From assembly GCA_964016885.1 (NCBI GenBank), contig OZ024740.1:155558001-155622000 (forward strand): a DNA stretch of 64,000 nucleotides, read 5' to 3'. Every line of letters starts with the position of its first letter. The first letter of the stretch is position 1. The position numbers were made by a program, and so were the translations under genes. Shown here one piece after another: positions 37,963 through 51,748 of this stretch. This stretch comes from Eledone cirrhosa (Eukaryota). Below the pieces are notes generated by a model. It was not told where the DNA came from, did no database searches, and was given only the letters and a program-made list of their open reading frames with translations.

Positions 37963-38450
37963 GTCGGCTGCTGCACGGACGAGCAGGATAGTGGTGCTAT
38001 GGAAGATGGTGAAGAGGCAGCCAACAAAGAACATAATAATAGTCACAGTACGATGACAACAACAACATCAACGAACTCTCAGTTAGTGGACGTTTGTAAA
38101 AAAAATGGTGTTGTTCTCAATTGTATCCTAGATGAAAAATCGCCGTGCCATGCTTCCATCACCACCACCACTACTCGCACAATCGTCGAAGATGCAAAGA
38201 AGAAGCAGCAGAAAGTAGCGACCAAATCTGACAAGAGTTCTCGGATTAATGGTAGTAATATCAATATCAACAGCAACTCGACGACCAAGGGACTATTGCT
38301 AAATCAACCATCCATTCCGAATTTACGTTCAAGGAAAGATAAACAGCGACCGATAATTGAGTCGCCCCGTAAAAGGAGGAGGTCTTCTCGACATGAAAAA
38401 GCTGATCAGCAGCAGCAACAACTGCCGACAACAGTCTCAACAACAGAGAG
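37954..38450 (+). CDS. First coding exon of an unidentified gene (low-complexity N-terminus with basic NLS-like PRKRRRSSR)
   Basis: AAGATGGCG start context (alternative in-frame ATG at 37942), ~165 open codons with T/N/Q runs, GC step relative to flanks, donor AG|GTAAAA at 38450/38451 (phase 2). Confidence 0.75.
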
Positions 38451-41400
38451 GTAAAACAAACAAAAACATAATAATAATATCTATAGATTTGTTTCTTTGT
38501 TTTTGTTTTAATTTTATTTGTTACTGATTTTTTTTTCACATATATAATTACCGCGTTTATTTGAAAATAGCACGAGTTCATTAAGTTGAGAAAATCATGT
38601 ATTATGTATTAAATACATAACCACTCTTCGATATCTATATTTATTTATTTATGTATGTATGAATGTATACAGGTTTTGCGGAAAAGAAAAAAAAAATAGA
38701 TATATGAAGTAGTCTATGAAGTAGTCAACAACAGCAACAAGCTGACACGAGCATGGTTACTGAACAAATTAAAGGTAAACGTAGTGGAAGGGGAGTAAGA
38801 CGAAGGCCTGTACACACACACATGCCTACGTTCACTTCATTGTAACCGATGTATGTATTCGTTCCTTGGCGATCTGAATTGCTGTAAATAGTTACACGCT
38901 ATATATATATATATAAATGATGTATGTTTGTTTCCTCTACGTATCCCTGTATATATATATATATAAATACTATATAACATGCTAATTTTTATTAGTGAAG
39001 GGCGTATGTAAATAACTGGCAGTGATAATATTTTTCCCTTTCATAAGTAAAAAGCTAACAATGTCTAGTCTATTGAAATGCTTTCATTTTTTTTTCCTTG
39101 CATAAGTATCTCTACAAAAGTAATTCGTTTCTCTTCCTTTTTTTCCCCTCCCACTTCCATTATACTTTTTGATTTTCACAGGATATATGCATATAACCAA
39201 AAGTTGTCTACATTTATTGATATTTTGAATTAATATATATGCATATATAAATATATATATATATATATAAGTGGAAGGGATATTTAATTTGATAGATAGA
39301 ATAAATATGGTTTTATAAATATAGTTTCCATTTATTTAATATCATTGAGTGTGTGTATATATATATATATGGCAGCTAGTTAAGTTTGTCAACTTTAATG
39401 TGAATGTAAAAACAAAAGCGGAAGATCTTTCAAGTTAGAATATGTTTAAATCAATCTCTATGACATATGCTTCACGGTATACCGATCGTCCCCATTTACC
39501 AACATCTCAAAGCCTATTTATTATATTGTTTTATGTTCATCTATTATGTATTCATTCAGTTCACGTAAATTTGTATTTGATTCTATTTTTTTCTGTTTTT
39601 TACCGATCGAATTGTATAAAATATATGCATCTATATACTAACTGTTACACCTGGGAAAAAAGTGGTGGTGGTAGGGCGTTGGAAAAATCGAATATTTGTG
39701 ATATTAACGATTTGCATATATTTTATTTGTAAAGCACCGGATCAGAACTAATTTACATGCCATAACGTCGATTTTTTTTTTTTTTTTTTTTTTATTTATC
39801 ACTCAACACATGTGGTTGTACACTGCCATATTTGAACAGTCTAATACCCAGAATGCTCTTTCCACGTGACGTCACTTCATTGAAAACTACAAACGGAACC
39901 AAATATAAAATTGTTTATTCAATATGTATATATCTTAGTTGTTGCTTCAATTCTTTCTTGAAAGATGCTTGAATGTATTTTAGGTGCATGTCTAAAGTTA
40001 TAATGAAAAATATCTGCCCAAGCACCCACACCATATCGAACCCAGGACCTCATGATAAACCACTCGATCATGCTTCTGTCCAATGCAATATATGTTTATA
40101 TCCATACATGCACAGACATAATCACCCTGTCGATGATAGGGTGAATAGACGTGTGTGTATGTGGACACCGATATGGTTGGCTGGTCAAGAAGTTCCCTTT
40201 GTAATCATGAGATATCGCGTACCTTCCGGCAGAAGCTGTAGACGCAACGTCGAATTGATTCCACCTGCAATTCAAAGGCCCAGCTTTGTCATTAATTGAT
40301 TGTATCGCAGTGTTTCGGCCTGAGAATTGCCTTAAGGATACACGTGTCTGTGGTGGAATTCTCAGCTACATATACGAGTAGCTAACAGTGTAGTAGCAAG
40401 ATCAAACAGCTGAATGCAATCGTCGAAACAAACGGAGGATCCACCATAATCACAATTTCACACAGGCTACGGGTTCATTCAAGAATGTATATGTATATAT
40501 GCCTATCAATTGAAAATATATATTAATGAATAATTTGAAGGCTCATTAAAGTATGGGGTTTAGGAAAAATGATACGATATAACGAATTATTTATGAAATT
40601 GCAATTAATTAAATATCGCCCTTGTCCACTGTGTCTTGTCATCTCGTTCTTTTATTTATATAGAATTGCATGAATTTTTCTTTAGTAGTTCTATGTAAAA
40701 GTAATCTTTTCCTCCCTTGCAAATATCTTAATTTTAAATGGTGATCACGATCGTCTCTGTATTAGATGTTCGGTTAGTTTTACATAATTTAACTAAATAA
40801 TACTATTTCTCTGCTTTCCATCATTTATACTTGACCATTTCTTTCATTTTCCGGGTATTATCACTTGTTTTTTGTTAGTATTTCTAATCTACCGGTGAGA
40901 TTTTGATAGTGTAAGTTAGTAATGGTTGTGTAGTGGCAATACGATTGTACTCCAGAAACGTAGGAGTCATAACTATACATACACAGCTACATTCTTTTAT
41001 CTATATATACACATAGAGGAATTTATCTTACACACTAATCTACACATATTTATGCACACGTACATACATACTTTCAGCTAAAAAAATATTCTACTCTTTT
41101 CTTTCTACGAGATTTTGTTCATTCATTTCTCTTCCATTTCCTCATGTATGAGTGTCTGCTTGCTACTATACTGTTATTTAATAAAAGTTCATTTGTAAAT
41201 AAGTAAAGAAAAAAAAACATCTTAATTTTAGTTAATTTTTTTTGCTTTGAAAGAATCAATGAGCCCCACACGTACACACAAAAGGATTTACAAATAGGTT
41301 TTTTACGATCTTTGACGTGACCAAATTTATGGGTTTGCACTTTTTGTTGAAAGAAAATGTCTGTTTGTAGACTCCACACATGGTTTCTTGGAAATATTTT

Positions 41401-43919
41401 GTCTAAAAGTTATTTTGTTTGATTGTTTTAATTAAATCTAATGATTAATTCACTTAGCTCTCATTTTTTTCGTTCGAGTGTGTCCCGTGCTTGTATCAGA
41501 TTTACACTTTCTACGGTTGTGAATTTTGTAATTTAGTAGCTACATGTTATATTAGACATGGGTATTAAGGACAGTTAGATTGTTGTTGGGTGGAGAGGGG
41601 GTCTGTGTCTGGAAAATATTTAATTCCTGATAACACTTAATAGATATGTAAGTTGCCTACATTAGTTGAAAGATGTATCTCCTGGGAAACAGTCGGGCCT
41701 ATATATATATATACGGATCAAACTTTTTGCTGAAGTTAATTTAGACTTGATTAAACTAGCTAAGCTTGTCTTAAATGTCGAACTTGACCATATAAAAGGA
41801 ATGAGGATTGAAGACTGACATGCAACTAGTTCTCTATTTTTTCCTAATTTTATTCATCCGAGCTATCCGAATAGTTATACATGTATATAGTTATGGGGGT
41901 AAGAAATGAAAACTTTACATTATACCCATAACATTCATAGTATAATTTTGACTAGTGTGCACTGCTCTTTTGAGAGGAATGTCGAAAATATTTATCTTTT
42001 AATGTTTTTCCCCTATTTCCGTTTTTCGTCTGTTCCTTTAACGACTCGAGGGTTTTTATTTTTTTTTTACATTTTGATTAATTGAGCGTTGGGTGATCTA
42101 AAAGTTGTAATATTTAGCCTGGCACATCTGGTATGCATATTGTGCTCTAAGGTCGTTTACACTAGCCAAACTCTAAATAAACATACAAAAGTAGCTTATA
42201 TATGATGTTTTTTTTTTTTTTTTTAATTTGTGCCAGCCCTTTTATTTGTCTTTTCCAATGTTTCTACTTGGTTTATTTTTAAAGTTACGTATTCTGCTTT
42301 CATTTTCTTACACTTGAAGTTTTTCTTAAAGTGGGTTCTGCTTATAAGGTGTCTTAATAAAATTTTTTCTATAAAATAATTTTTGTTCTATTAAAATTAG
42401 GACGGGTGGTCTGTAAGATTAGTATCGTTGGAAAAGGGGGTGTCGTATAAGAGTTCCACGATGATATAAACCTGGGAACCTACTGCACCACTGAGTTCCT
42501 TAGCTGAGAAAATGTCATACTTTCTGAAATGAATAAATTAGAATTTTCCATATTTTTTAAAATCATTTTAGCTGATTTCAGTATATGCGGTTGCAAATAT
42601 ATATATATTTTATTATGAAATTATATCAAGTGTGACTTAAATTGTATGTTGCGTGTGTGGTTTTTAGAAATGAATTGAAACGAAACGGAGACAAGTTAAT
42701 GAAATAAGAGCGTGTGTATTTAATTTGACATAAATAACAAAATAATGTGATTGTTAAAGTAGTTACTGTGGTATAAGTAAGTTTAGTTGTTCTCTTAGTT
42801 TAGTTCGATCAGTATGTTCTGATATATATTGATTCAAACTGTCTTATATTTCAACATTATCTTTATTCTTTTAACCCACAACACGTGTAAGTAACTATGG
42901 TATTAATGTATATTTGGCTTTACTGACTATCATCTGGGATGGGATGGGGCTGGTCAGTTAACATGGGACTACGATTTTGAGAGGGCCTACCCATTTAAGA
43001 TTTTTAATTGTTATTCTGTTACATGTAAATGTATATACCCGTAACCCATAACTTGTATGTATTTAACACATTATTATTTAACGAACAGTTTGAATAAGCC
43101 CTCATTTCACATCTTACCTGGGCCCATTTATTACCAGCTTTGTGTAGGCATGCATGGACGTCATCGGGTTATTAATATATGATGCGTCCCTTCGCAGGGA
43201 TGCTGTAAAATAGGGTGAAGACTCTTAAAAGACGAAGTTGCCATCAGCCGCTATGAGGAATTGAACCTCATAGCTCCAAGATTTGTTGCGATTATTGTTT
43301 GTGCGTGGTGTAGTGGATTCACAATAGTGAGGTTGTGGGTTCGAGTCCCTGACCTGTCAATGCAGTTGCTCCAGTTCAGTCAGCTGTAGAAATTATTTGG
43401 GATGTCCCTGGTGCCATGTTGCATCAGGTTTTGCTTTTCCTTTGGACAATATTGACTAGACATGTACCACAGAGGGAATTTTATTAACCCATAGTCATTC
43501 GTATTTCGAAGCTGGTCGAACTCTACCCTTTTTCTCCCATTACTTTCCTAACTTAGGCCTGCCAAGTTAAAATAGATGACAAATTAGCAGAATCATTAGA
43601 GTATAGGGCAACATTACTTGTGGCATTTGTTCCTGCTATCTCCGCTCTGAGATGAACTCCACACCAAAGTCAACTTTGCCTATTATATTTTTGGTGTTGA
43701 AATAAAGTTTCAGTCAAAGATGATGGAAGTGCTATAGCGTCAGACGAAATGTTTTACAGTATTTGTTCCGGCTCTTGGCGTCCTCAGTTCAAATCACACT
43801 GCGACCTATTTGAGTGGTGAAATTAATCTGTTGCCCGGTTTAACTAATCTTGGGGGCTCTAGAAAGGGTCGTGGACACTGTTCAATCATCCCTAACTAAA
43901 CAGTAAAAAAAAAATTAAT

Positions 43920-44617
43920 TAAACAGTCCACAGAATTTTAACAAACCATTTGCACATGGGAAAAATTTGTGCAAAACTAGTCCCCAAACATTTGGCTGTG
44001 GAACAGAAAGCAAATTGGTCAAGATTTACTAGGAATCTCAAAATTGAGCCAAATTTCTTGGATAAAATAATTACAGGAGATGAATGATGAGTATTCCTGT
44101 ACAATCCTGAAACAAAAGAGTAAAGTGAAGATTGGTACAGGAAATATTCCCCTTGTCCAAAGATAGCACGTATGAGCATATCCAGGGTGAAAATAAGCAT
44201 TATCAAAGATGTATTTATAGAACCTCGAAAACGGGTCTAGCAAGTCCAAAAAGACATTGCAAGAGAATGGGCACTTTACCACAATAAAGCCCCTTTCAAT
44301 TAGAGAATTTCTGGCAAAGAATGACATTCCCACTCTTCCACATCCTCCTCCTCCCTACAGCCCAAATCTAGCTCTATGTGATTTCTACCTCTTCTCGAAG
44401 TTGGAGGGTCATCATTTTTGGAGTGTGAAAGACATGCAAACATTTTTGATCAACAAGCTAAGGAGATCAGAGAAAATGACTTCCAGTATTGCTGCAATGG
44501 AAAAAACGTTGGAACCTTTGTGTGGCTTCTCAAGGGTCATATTTTGAAGGAGATAATTTCATGGACATCTAATATAGATTTAAATAAAACACCAGTACCC
44601 TTGCTTTGGGGACAAAC

Positions 44618-44621
<4 letters not shown>
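43920..44621 (+). pseudogene. mariner-like transposase relic with right TIR
   Basis: TVHRILTNHL..KICAKLVPKHL, FLDKIITGDE..VFLYNPETK, PHPP..YSPNLALCDFYLF motifs with stops and deletions. Ends ...ggggacaaacctca|TA in a (TA)n tract. Confidence 0.85.
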
Positions 44622-44656
<35 letters not shown>

Positions 44657-47600
44657 CACACACATCTGTATGTGTTGTTAAAATAATTATATAGTATTAT
44701 ATTACATAAATCCTCATCCACAAATTTATATTTGTTGTGGATAAAAATTAATCATACCAACCCCTCTATTCCGTTAACAGGAAAGCTGTTTATATTTATT
44801 TAAAAACCTGTCATAATTCTTTATGTTCCAAATTCTTGATTAATTTCAAAATTATTTGAAAACCATGAGCGATAGCTTTCATCAGAAATATAACAGAAGG
44901 GTTAATTGTGTAAAGTTCTGGATATTTCTAATTACCCAAATTAGTCATTTTCGAGGTACTAGTTTGAGTTAGTATGTACTTTTAGTAGCCTATACATTCT
45001 TTGTCTGACCTCTAAGATTCCACTGTTTTTGCAATTATTTCATTGAAGCATGAAGCAATTAAAATTAAGCCCATGGCCAGCACAATCTGTCAGTGTTACT
45101 AATTGCTGAATACCTTTTTGATAAATTCATTATTCAAATTGTCAGCTTATTGAATCTCTTCATTGCAGCTTGACTTGCTAGAGATAGCAGCCAAATCTTC
45201 AAATCACACCTTGCCCTCAAATTTTTCCAAACATTCACTGATAACCTGTATGTTGGGAAATTGTTAGATCTGCTCAACTTTTATGAATATTTGGCTGTGA
45301 AGTATATTTGAAATCTAAAAGCTGCATACAGTTAGCCCCATGATTTGATATTTAATTTCATGTCACTAACAAAACTTCATATCACAAAAAATTAAGTTTT
45401 AAAAAATGTGTAGCCAACATAAACTTTTAGAAAGCCTCTTAACCTTTTTGTCACTATTTTAAATAAAAGCTGCCTATGTTTTTGAAAAGTTTGGAGGGAT
45501 TTATTAATATCACTTCCTCACTAAGCTAGTGTTTGGAGTGTAGATAAATATAAGCACTTTAAAATAAACAGCTTAATTTCATAGAACCAGGGCAGGTTTC
45601 AGGTGGTTTGATATAAAAGGGGTTAACGATGGGACACATTGGGTTGTATGGTCATGTGTATACTGAGCATGAAAGAAAACTGACTGGAATGCTTTTTTGA
45701 TCATGATACATATTGCAAGAAATAGAAAATACAAGGGCTATTATTGATGAGCCTTTAGTTAATTAGCTATAACTATTTTAATTAAGCTTTATTATATTTG
45801 AGTGAGAGAACTGTCTTTTTTTCCCAATTTGTTTTTTCCATTCCTTTTTAAAGTGTTTAGTGTTAACACAAAGATTTAGCTGTAGAAAGCATGTAAAAAA
45901 AAATAGAATATATGAGTGAGACGTCCTCCAACCTTACTAGGTAGGCAGCAGTAGTTTTAACTATGAACTGATCGTATCAACCTGTCCACTCTATGCCAGC
46001 ATGGAAAGGAACATTTAAATGATAATTGATTTTTAATTGCTGGGCTGTTTTAATTATTTATCTTTTTAAAGTTTAAAAAAATGTTTTTTTTATAGAATCC
46101 CTTCTCTTGGGTAAAACTTGGTAAATTTGTATGTTAAATATTTATTTAATGTTATTCTAGCTCACACCTGCACAGGTTTCACTGGACTCCTATGAAGTGT
46201 AACTTCATAGGAGGTTTCTTGTGTGCTTTAAAAATAGGTGGCCCAATCCTATCGCGTGACCATTTTTCTGGCTACTGTGGGCAAAATTTGAATTCAGAGG
46301 GCAGGGATTCAATGTTCTAATGACTTTACCAATTCACCACCTTTATTAATTTGATGGCAAAAGATTAAAGAAGATAGAAAAACTTTTATGAATTGCAACC
46401 TCATAAGAGACCAGTAAAAGCTGCACTGGTGTGAGTTGCAACAAATATTAAAGCTATATTTTTACACTTTTCCTTTCTGTATTAACTATAACCTAAATAT
46501 GATAGAATTTGTCATTACTATTTGGGATTTTTATTCAATTAGTCAAATTTATGGAGGGGTTTTTATGATATCAAATGTGAATTTGTGCATGGTTATTTCA
46601 CACACTTATGATTAATTCTATAGAGATGTGGGAAGGCAGTGTTAGGTTTCTTTTATGAGGAACCTTTTTGAAATATGAAAAGATATGGGTATTAGTGGTT
46701 GGGGTTTGACTGGGAAAAGAAACTATCAATAAATGAATTTTAGTCAGTGTTGGTGATGTATATTTTCTTTTCATCATATTTACTTTTTTTCCATGCTAGC
46801 TTTGGTTGAACAAAGCTTTTGATGGAGGAGGACTGTTTTAATACTAATTCATACTTGTATTTTAAGTAAGGTACTGATTTTTGTATGTCGAGCTGATGAG
46901 TCATGGGACTTTTGTTTGGGGCATAAACAAATATCACTGCTGGTTGTGTCAAATGTGAAGTGGAAACACCTATGGACATCTTTCTAATGGTGATACCACT
47001 ATATAATTCACTCAGTACACTCTGTATCATAGTTGGTATAAGGAAGGGCATCTAGCTATAGAAACCACATACTGAAGGGGACACGATCCCCTGACCTCTA
47101 TGAGGATAGTAGCTCTGATTGGTCTGTAATAATGTGTCCAACTTATGTCAGCATAGAAAAATAGATGTATAATGATTATACACACACACACATATACTCT
47201 TGCACAGTGGGTTTTGTCCAGTTTCCGTCTGCCGAATTCACTCAGATGGCATTAGTCAATTCAAGGCTATAGTAGCAGACATTTGCCCAAGGTGCCATGC
47301 AAGCAAAAAGAATTCTAGGAAAACTAATTGGTTTTATGATAAAGAAATATCATCCACAATATTCTCTAGACAATAAAATTAAAAATTTATCCAAGCAACA
47401 TTCTGCCAGTCTGTGCTTTATCACCATCAGACACTGTGCAGAAGACAACTTTATCCTGCTGTCTCTTGTGGATTTACCACTTGCAGATATATCAAGATAG
47501 CTGGCCAGATGCTAGGATTTTATTTCTAAGTAGCAAAAACAAGAAAATGAAGATGAATCCTAACTGAAAATCTGATTTACTCACATTTTTTTTTTTATGT

Positions 47601-47990
47601 AACATTGGTCAGTAAATAACAGCAGAATAATATAAATAAATTAGATGTTGGGCCATAAAACAATTGGAACATGGTTTAGTCCTCATCAGCATTGAGAAGG
47701 GTGGTTACTTTTTACAGTGGTTTAAATTACAATTGTAACTAATCTTTACCTAAATTAATTAAACATTTTCATATCTAAATTATTGGCTGTAGCCAAAATA
47801 GATAGCAGTGTGTTTCCTGTGTATCTAAAACGATTTTTATGTATACTGAAACATTATGTAATTCTAGATAATGTTAAAATATTTGTTCCTGTTAGCAAGA
47901 TAATTACAATTATGGGGTGTATCGTGTCATTAATCATTAAAGCTTGAATATAGATTTGGAATGGAAATTCTCAGAAGCCACCTGTATTTT

Positions 47991-48025
<35 letters not shown>

Positions 48026-48341
48026 GAATTTTTAATATACATTTTCAAACAGTTGTCCCCTACCAAGGACCCATTTGTCACAGCCAAGCTCAGTCCCCAG
48101 TATTACCTTTGTGGACCCACAGGAGTTTTGCACATCACAGATTGGGAACCAGTTTTTAAAGCTTAGTGTTAGACAAACCTTAAATATTAATGTTTATCAT
48201 AGCAATTCATAGTTGTGTAGATCTCGGGTTAGTTCTGATTAAGCAGTCTTATAGCATGCATGTAGTCAACTGAAGAACTTGGCACAACACATTGAATTCA
48301 TTCAAATGCCATTGGTCATTTTGAGACTTAGTAGAACACTT

Positions 48342-48403
48342 CCTCTGTGTGCCAAGCAATGGATTGAATTTCTCTCTGTGTGCCAAGCAATGGATTGAAT
48401 TTC
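48342..48403. repeat. Short tandem duplication, 2 x ~31 bp
   Basis: ctctgtgtgccaagcaatggattgaatttct occurs twice. Confidence 0.9.
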
Positions 48404-49013
48404 TTAATCACATAGCCATACTTACTGTTTTGGTGGATTTTGATTTTCTTGGATATAAGAGCACATAGCTTGTTGCTTCATTACAGAAAAATATTACAGA
48501 AATTGATTGAGTCTTCACTGAGATAAAAGTTCTATGATAATGGTGTCATCATGTTTGCTTTTGCATGTATTTAAACACATTTTTTGTATAGCTTTTTGAT
48601 GGATTTTTGTTTATTCAGGGAGGAAAGGGTCTCTGCAACTGGTAGGAGGGAAGGAAGGTAGTTATCCCCAAACCAGAGACTGATTTAAGAGAATGGACTT
48701 AGCTGAAGGTATTCAAGGTATGGGTGGTGGTATTAACCCAGAAGATGGAAGGGAAAGGGTTATGTTTTGCTGGGGTTTATCCCCACTATCAATTGTTCAA
48801 CATGAATTTGGAATCCTGCACAATATATGTATATAAAGGCTCTAATTGAGGTTGTGTACTCTGATGTTATCCACACATCAAGTGTCAGTCTACACTGATC
48901 AAAATTATTAAAATGTATTTCATGCAGATAGCTGCTCAGAGATATTACTTTTTTTTCTTTTCTTTTGATGTCATGTCAGTTATTTTCAAGCAATGCAAAT
49001 GATCCTGACCCTG

Positions 49014-49195
49014 CTCTCTCTTCTCTTTGTGTTCTTACCTCTTCTCTCTCTTCTCTTTGTGTTCTTACCTCTTCTCTCTCTTCTCTTTGTGTTCTTACCT
49101 CTTCTCTCTCTTCTCTTTGTGTTCTTACCTCTTCTCTCTCTTCTCTTTGTGTTCTTACCTCTTCTCTCTCTTCTCTTTGTGTTCTTACCTCTTCT
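49014..49195. repeat. 30-bp minisatellite, 6 identical units
   Basis: Unit ctctctcttctctttgtgttcttacctctt. Confidence 0.95.
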
Positions 49196-49605
49196 ATGTC
49201 AAGGCTTGTGAATGTTTATATTGCATCACCCCTTTCTCCCATTATGAGGGAACTATGACTTAGCATATCTATGTATAAAGATATATATATATATGTTAGT
49301 GGAGTTTCTATCTTTAGCTCTTAAGTTGAGGAAGAAGAAGAGTATTCGTAGATGTTCCAACACCTCCTATGTTAGATATAAGAAAGAGTGGGTATATTGA
49401 GTAGATTAATGTTTGGTGTTTGTATGAACAGTTAAAAATAATTTGAGTATAAAGCTGGTTGGGAGAGATTACCAGATATTTAGCCCCAGGTCAGTCATAA
49501 GTGCGCCTGTGATTAAACATCCTGTCGACTACTCCCCTAGATATATACCTCCCAAATCTTCTCACAAGGCATTGGTCATAAAAACTTTCCCAAGGTGCCA
49601 TACAG

Positions 49606-49918
49606 CTGTGCTACTCAAAGTGGTGGTCCACGGACCGGTGCCGGTACGCAAGCCATCAGCTACCGGTGCACGGCCAGTGTCCAGGCCATGCTAAGGAATC
49701 ATTTGAGGAATTTTTTTTATTACTTTTTTATATGTTTTGATATTGTATTATTTGTTTACAAAATAAATAGAAGATAAAAAAAATGGTCAACTATTATTAT
49801 ATTCATTATATATATCGTTTCCGGTATAAATTAATATTACTACGAAATATTAGCGGTACGTGGCACATTGAAAAAAAAAAATGCCGGCCCGCCACATCAG
49901 ATAGTTTGAGAAGCACTG
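49606..49918. mobile_element. hAT (Charlie-like) MITE inserted into a family 2 SINE
   Basis: TIRs ctgtgctactcaaa / tttgagaagcactg, 8-bp TSD ccatacag / ccgtacag. SINE sequence is continuous across the site. Confidence 0.85.
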
Positions 49919-51560
49919 CCGTACAGTAAGATCAAACCCAGAATCTCATAGCTGTGAAGGAAACTTTTTAACCGCACAACCATGCCTGTACCCAGTTAAT
50001 GGTTTTTTTTTTCTTTTTTATAAATGTAATTTATTTTTATTACACATACACACATATCTTGATTTATATTAAGAGAAATTGCCTTAGATATAGCTCCTTC
50101 CACCACCCCTTGTTGCTGGCATATATTACAACTTTTCACTATTTGCTTGAATTGTCAAAGTAAATATTTACCAGCTGGTGTTGGCCACTCAAGCATGAAG
50201 TAGCAGTGGTACTCATAATCTTTTTTCACTCAGTCATGTAAGAGTAAATGCATGTTGTTTGAGAGCCCGACATAGTAATTATGTTACTTAGGTTACCTAA
50301 TGGAAGAAAATATGTCTAGCAGAAAAAGAAGTGTGAAAAGGTATGCCACCCCCTCACAAAACATGCCTATGTAAGAACCTCTACATAGTAGCTGAAACTA
50401 CAAGAAATAGCAGCCAGGTTTTCTTCACTCCACATTATCATCTTTAAAAAAGGGAAGACACATTAGATAATGTAGTTTTAGTGTGTCTTTAAAAAAAAAT
50501 CAGGATGATGACACAGGCCACACTCTAATGTGGTTGGTGTTATGAAGGACATTGAGCCAAAGAAACCAAACAACAATACAGATCTGTATGGGCAAGATGT
50601 GGTCACCTCTCATATCACGACAACCTGTCTTACCCAAACAAGCATGGAAAAATAAATGTTAAATGATAATGTTCAGTTTAATCTTTTTAATATCAAATTA
50701 TGTGAAACTGACCCTGTTTATATTTATCTAAAAATCTTCTTTTAGTGTCATGTAAGAACCCCTGTTATGAACACCAAATCCATAATGAAAAAATTATATT
50801 ACTAAATCACTCCAAATTCTTGTTCATTTTCAAAATAATAGGCAATATCTTTCTATTTGAAATGTTACAAAATGATTAAATGCCATTGTTTATATGTCTA
50901 CTTAATATTTGATGTTTAAGAAAACAGGTATTTTGTATGAGAATGATAATATAGCAATGGATAAAAGCTATTTCTTAAATTGTTTATTTTGATACCATCA
51001 TACCTCAGACAACCTCATCATTCCATTATACCAAGCTCTCCTAAACTATCCTAGTTTTGTCTTGAACTTTTTAAAATTAAAATTTCAACTGTAGTGGTTT
51101 AGCAGACTTGTTAGCACATCAAACAAAACACCTTTCAGTACTTAGATCATTAAAAAAGGATTGTAACTAAGTTGAAATCCTGTTACATTCAACTTTGATT
51201 TTCATTCTTCCGGGGTCAGTAACTTAAAATATAGTACCATTGAAGAACTGAGTTTGGTATAGTCAACTCTGTCCCTCTCAATGTAAGAGATCATTACATG
51301 AGTGATAACCTAAGATTTTGCTAGGTATACATTTCATTAAAGTTTTATATTACAAGGTTTTCTTAGTGTCTTGTCAAAATGAATTTTTAATGTTGGGCTT
51401 TATTTTCTTTTTGTTTATTGGGAATGTTATATGTGCTTTTATGAAAAATATATCAATATTTTGGCTAATAACTCTGTCACATTATTTATATTTTATGAAG
51501 ATAATAAATCAGTAGCTGCAGTGCACCTTTGTGTAGTATATTTATTATTTTACTGTTTAG

Positions 51561-51748
51561 GGCGGTGGATTGGCAGTATTGGTAGAGGGTCGGACACCAT
51601 GCTTTGCAGCAAAGAGTTACGGCCCTTTATGGTCTGAGTTCAAATCCCGCCGAGGTTAACTTTGCCTTTCATCCTTACGGGGTCGATAAAATAAAATACC
51701 AGTAATACACTGGGATAATTGCTGGCCTTGTGCCAAAAGTTGAAACAA
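51561..51748 (+). mobile_element. Young full-length SINE family 1 with TSD
   Basis: 16-bp direct repeat ttattttactgtttag at 51545-51560 and 51749-51764. Confidence 0.9.

Noticed and set aside
46890-46915. CTGATGA-gtc-atgg-gac hammerhead-like start
   Set aside because: No GAAA, stem III or stem I follows.
47662-47694. Minus-strand ctgatgaggactaaaccatgttc hammerhead-like string
   Set aside because: TAAA instead of GAAA, essentially no stem II, and no supporting repeat context. Compatible with chance.
48619-48717. Candidate + strand exon after ttattcag
   Set aside because: In-frame stop in the phase required by exon 1.
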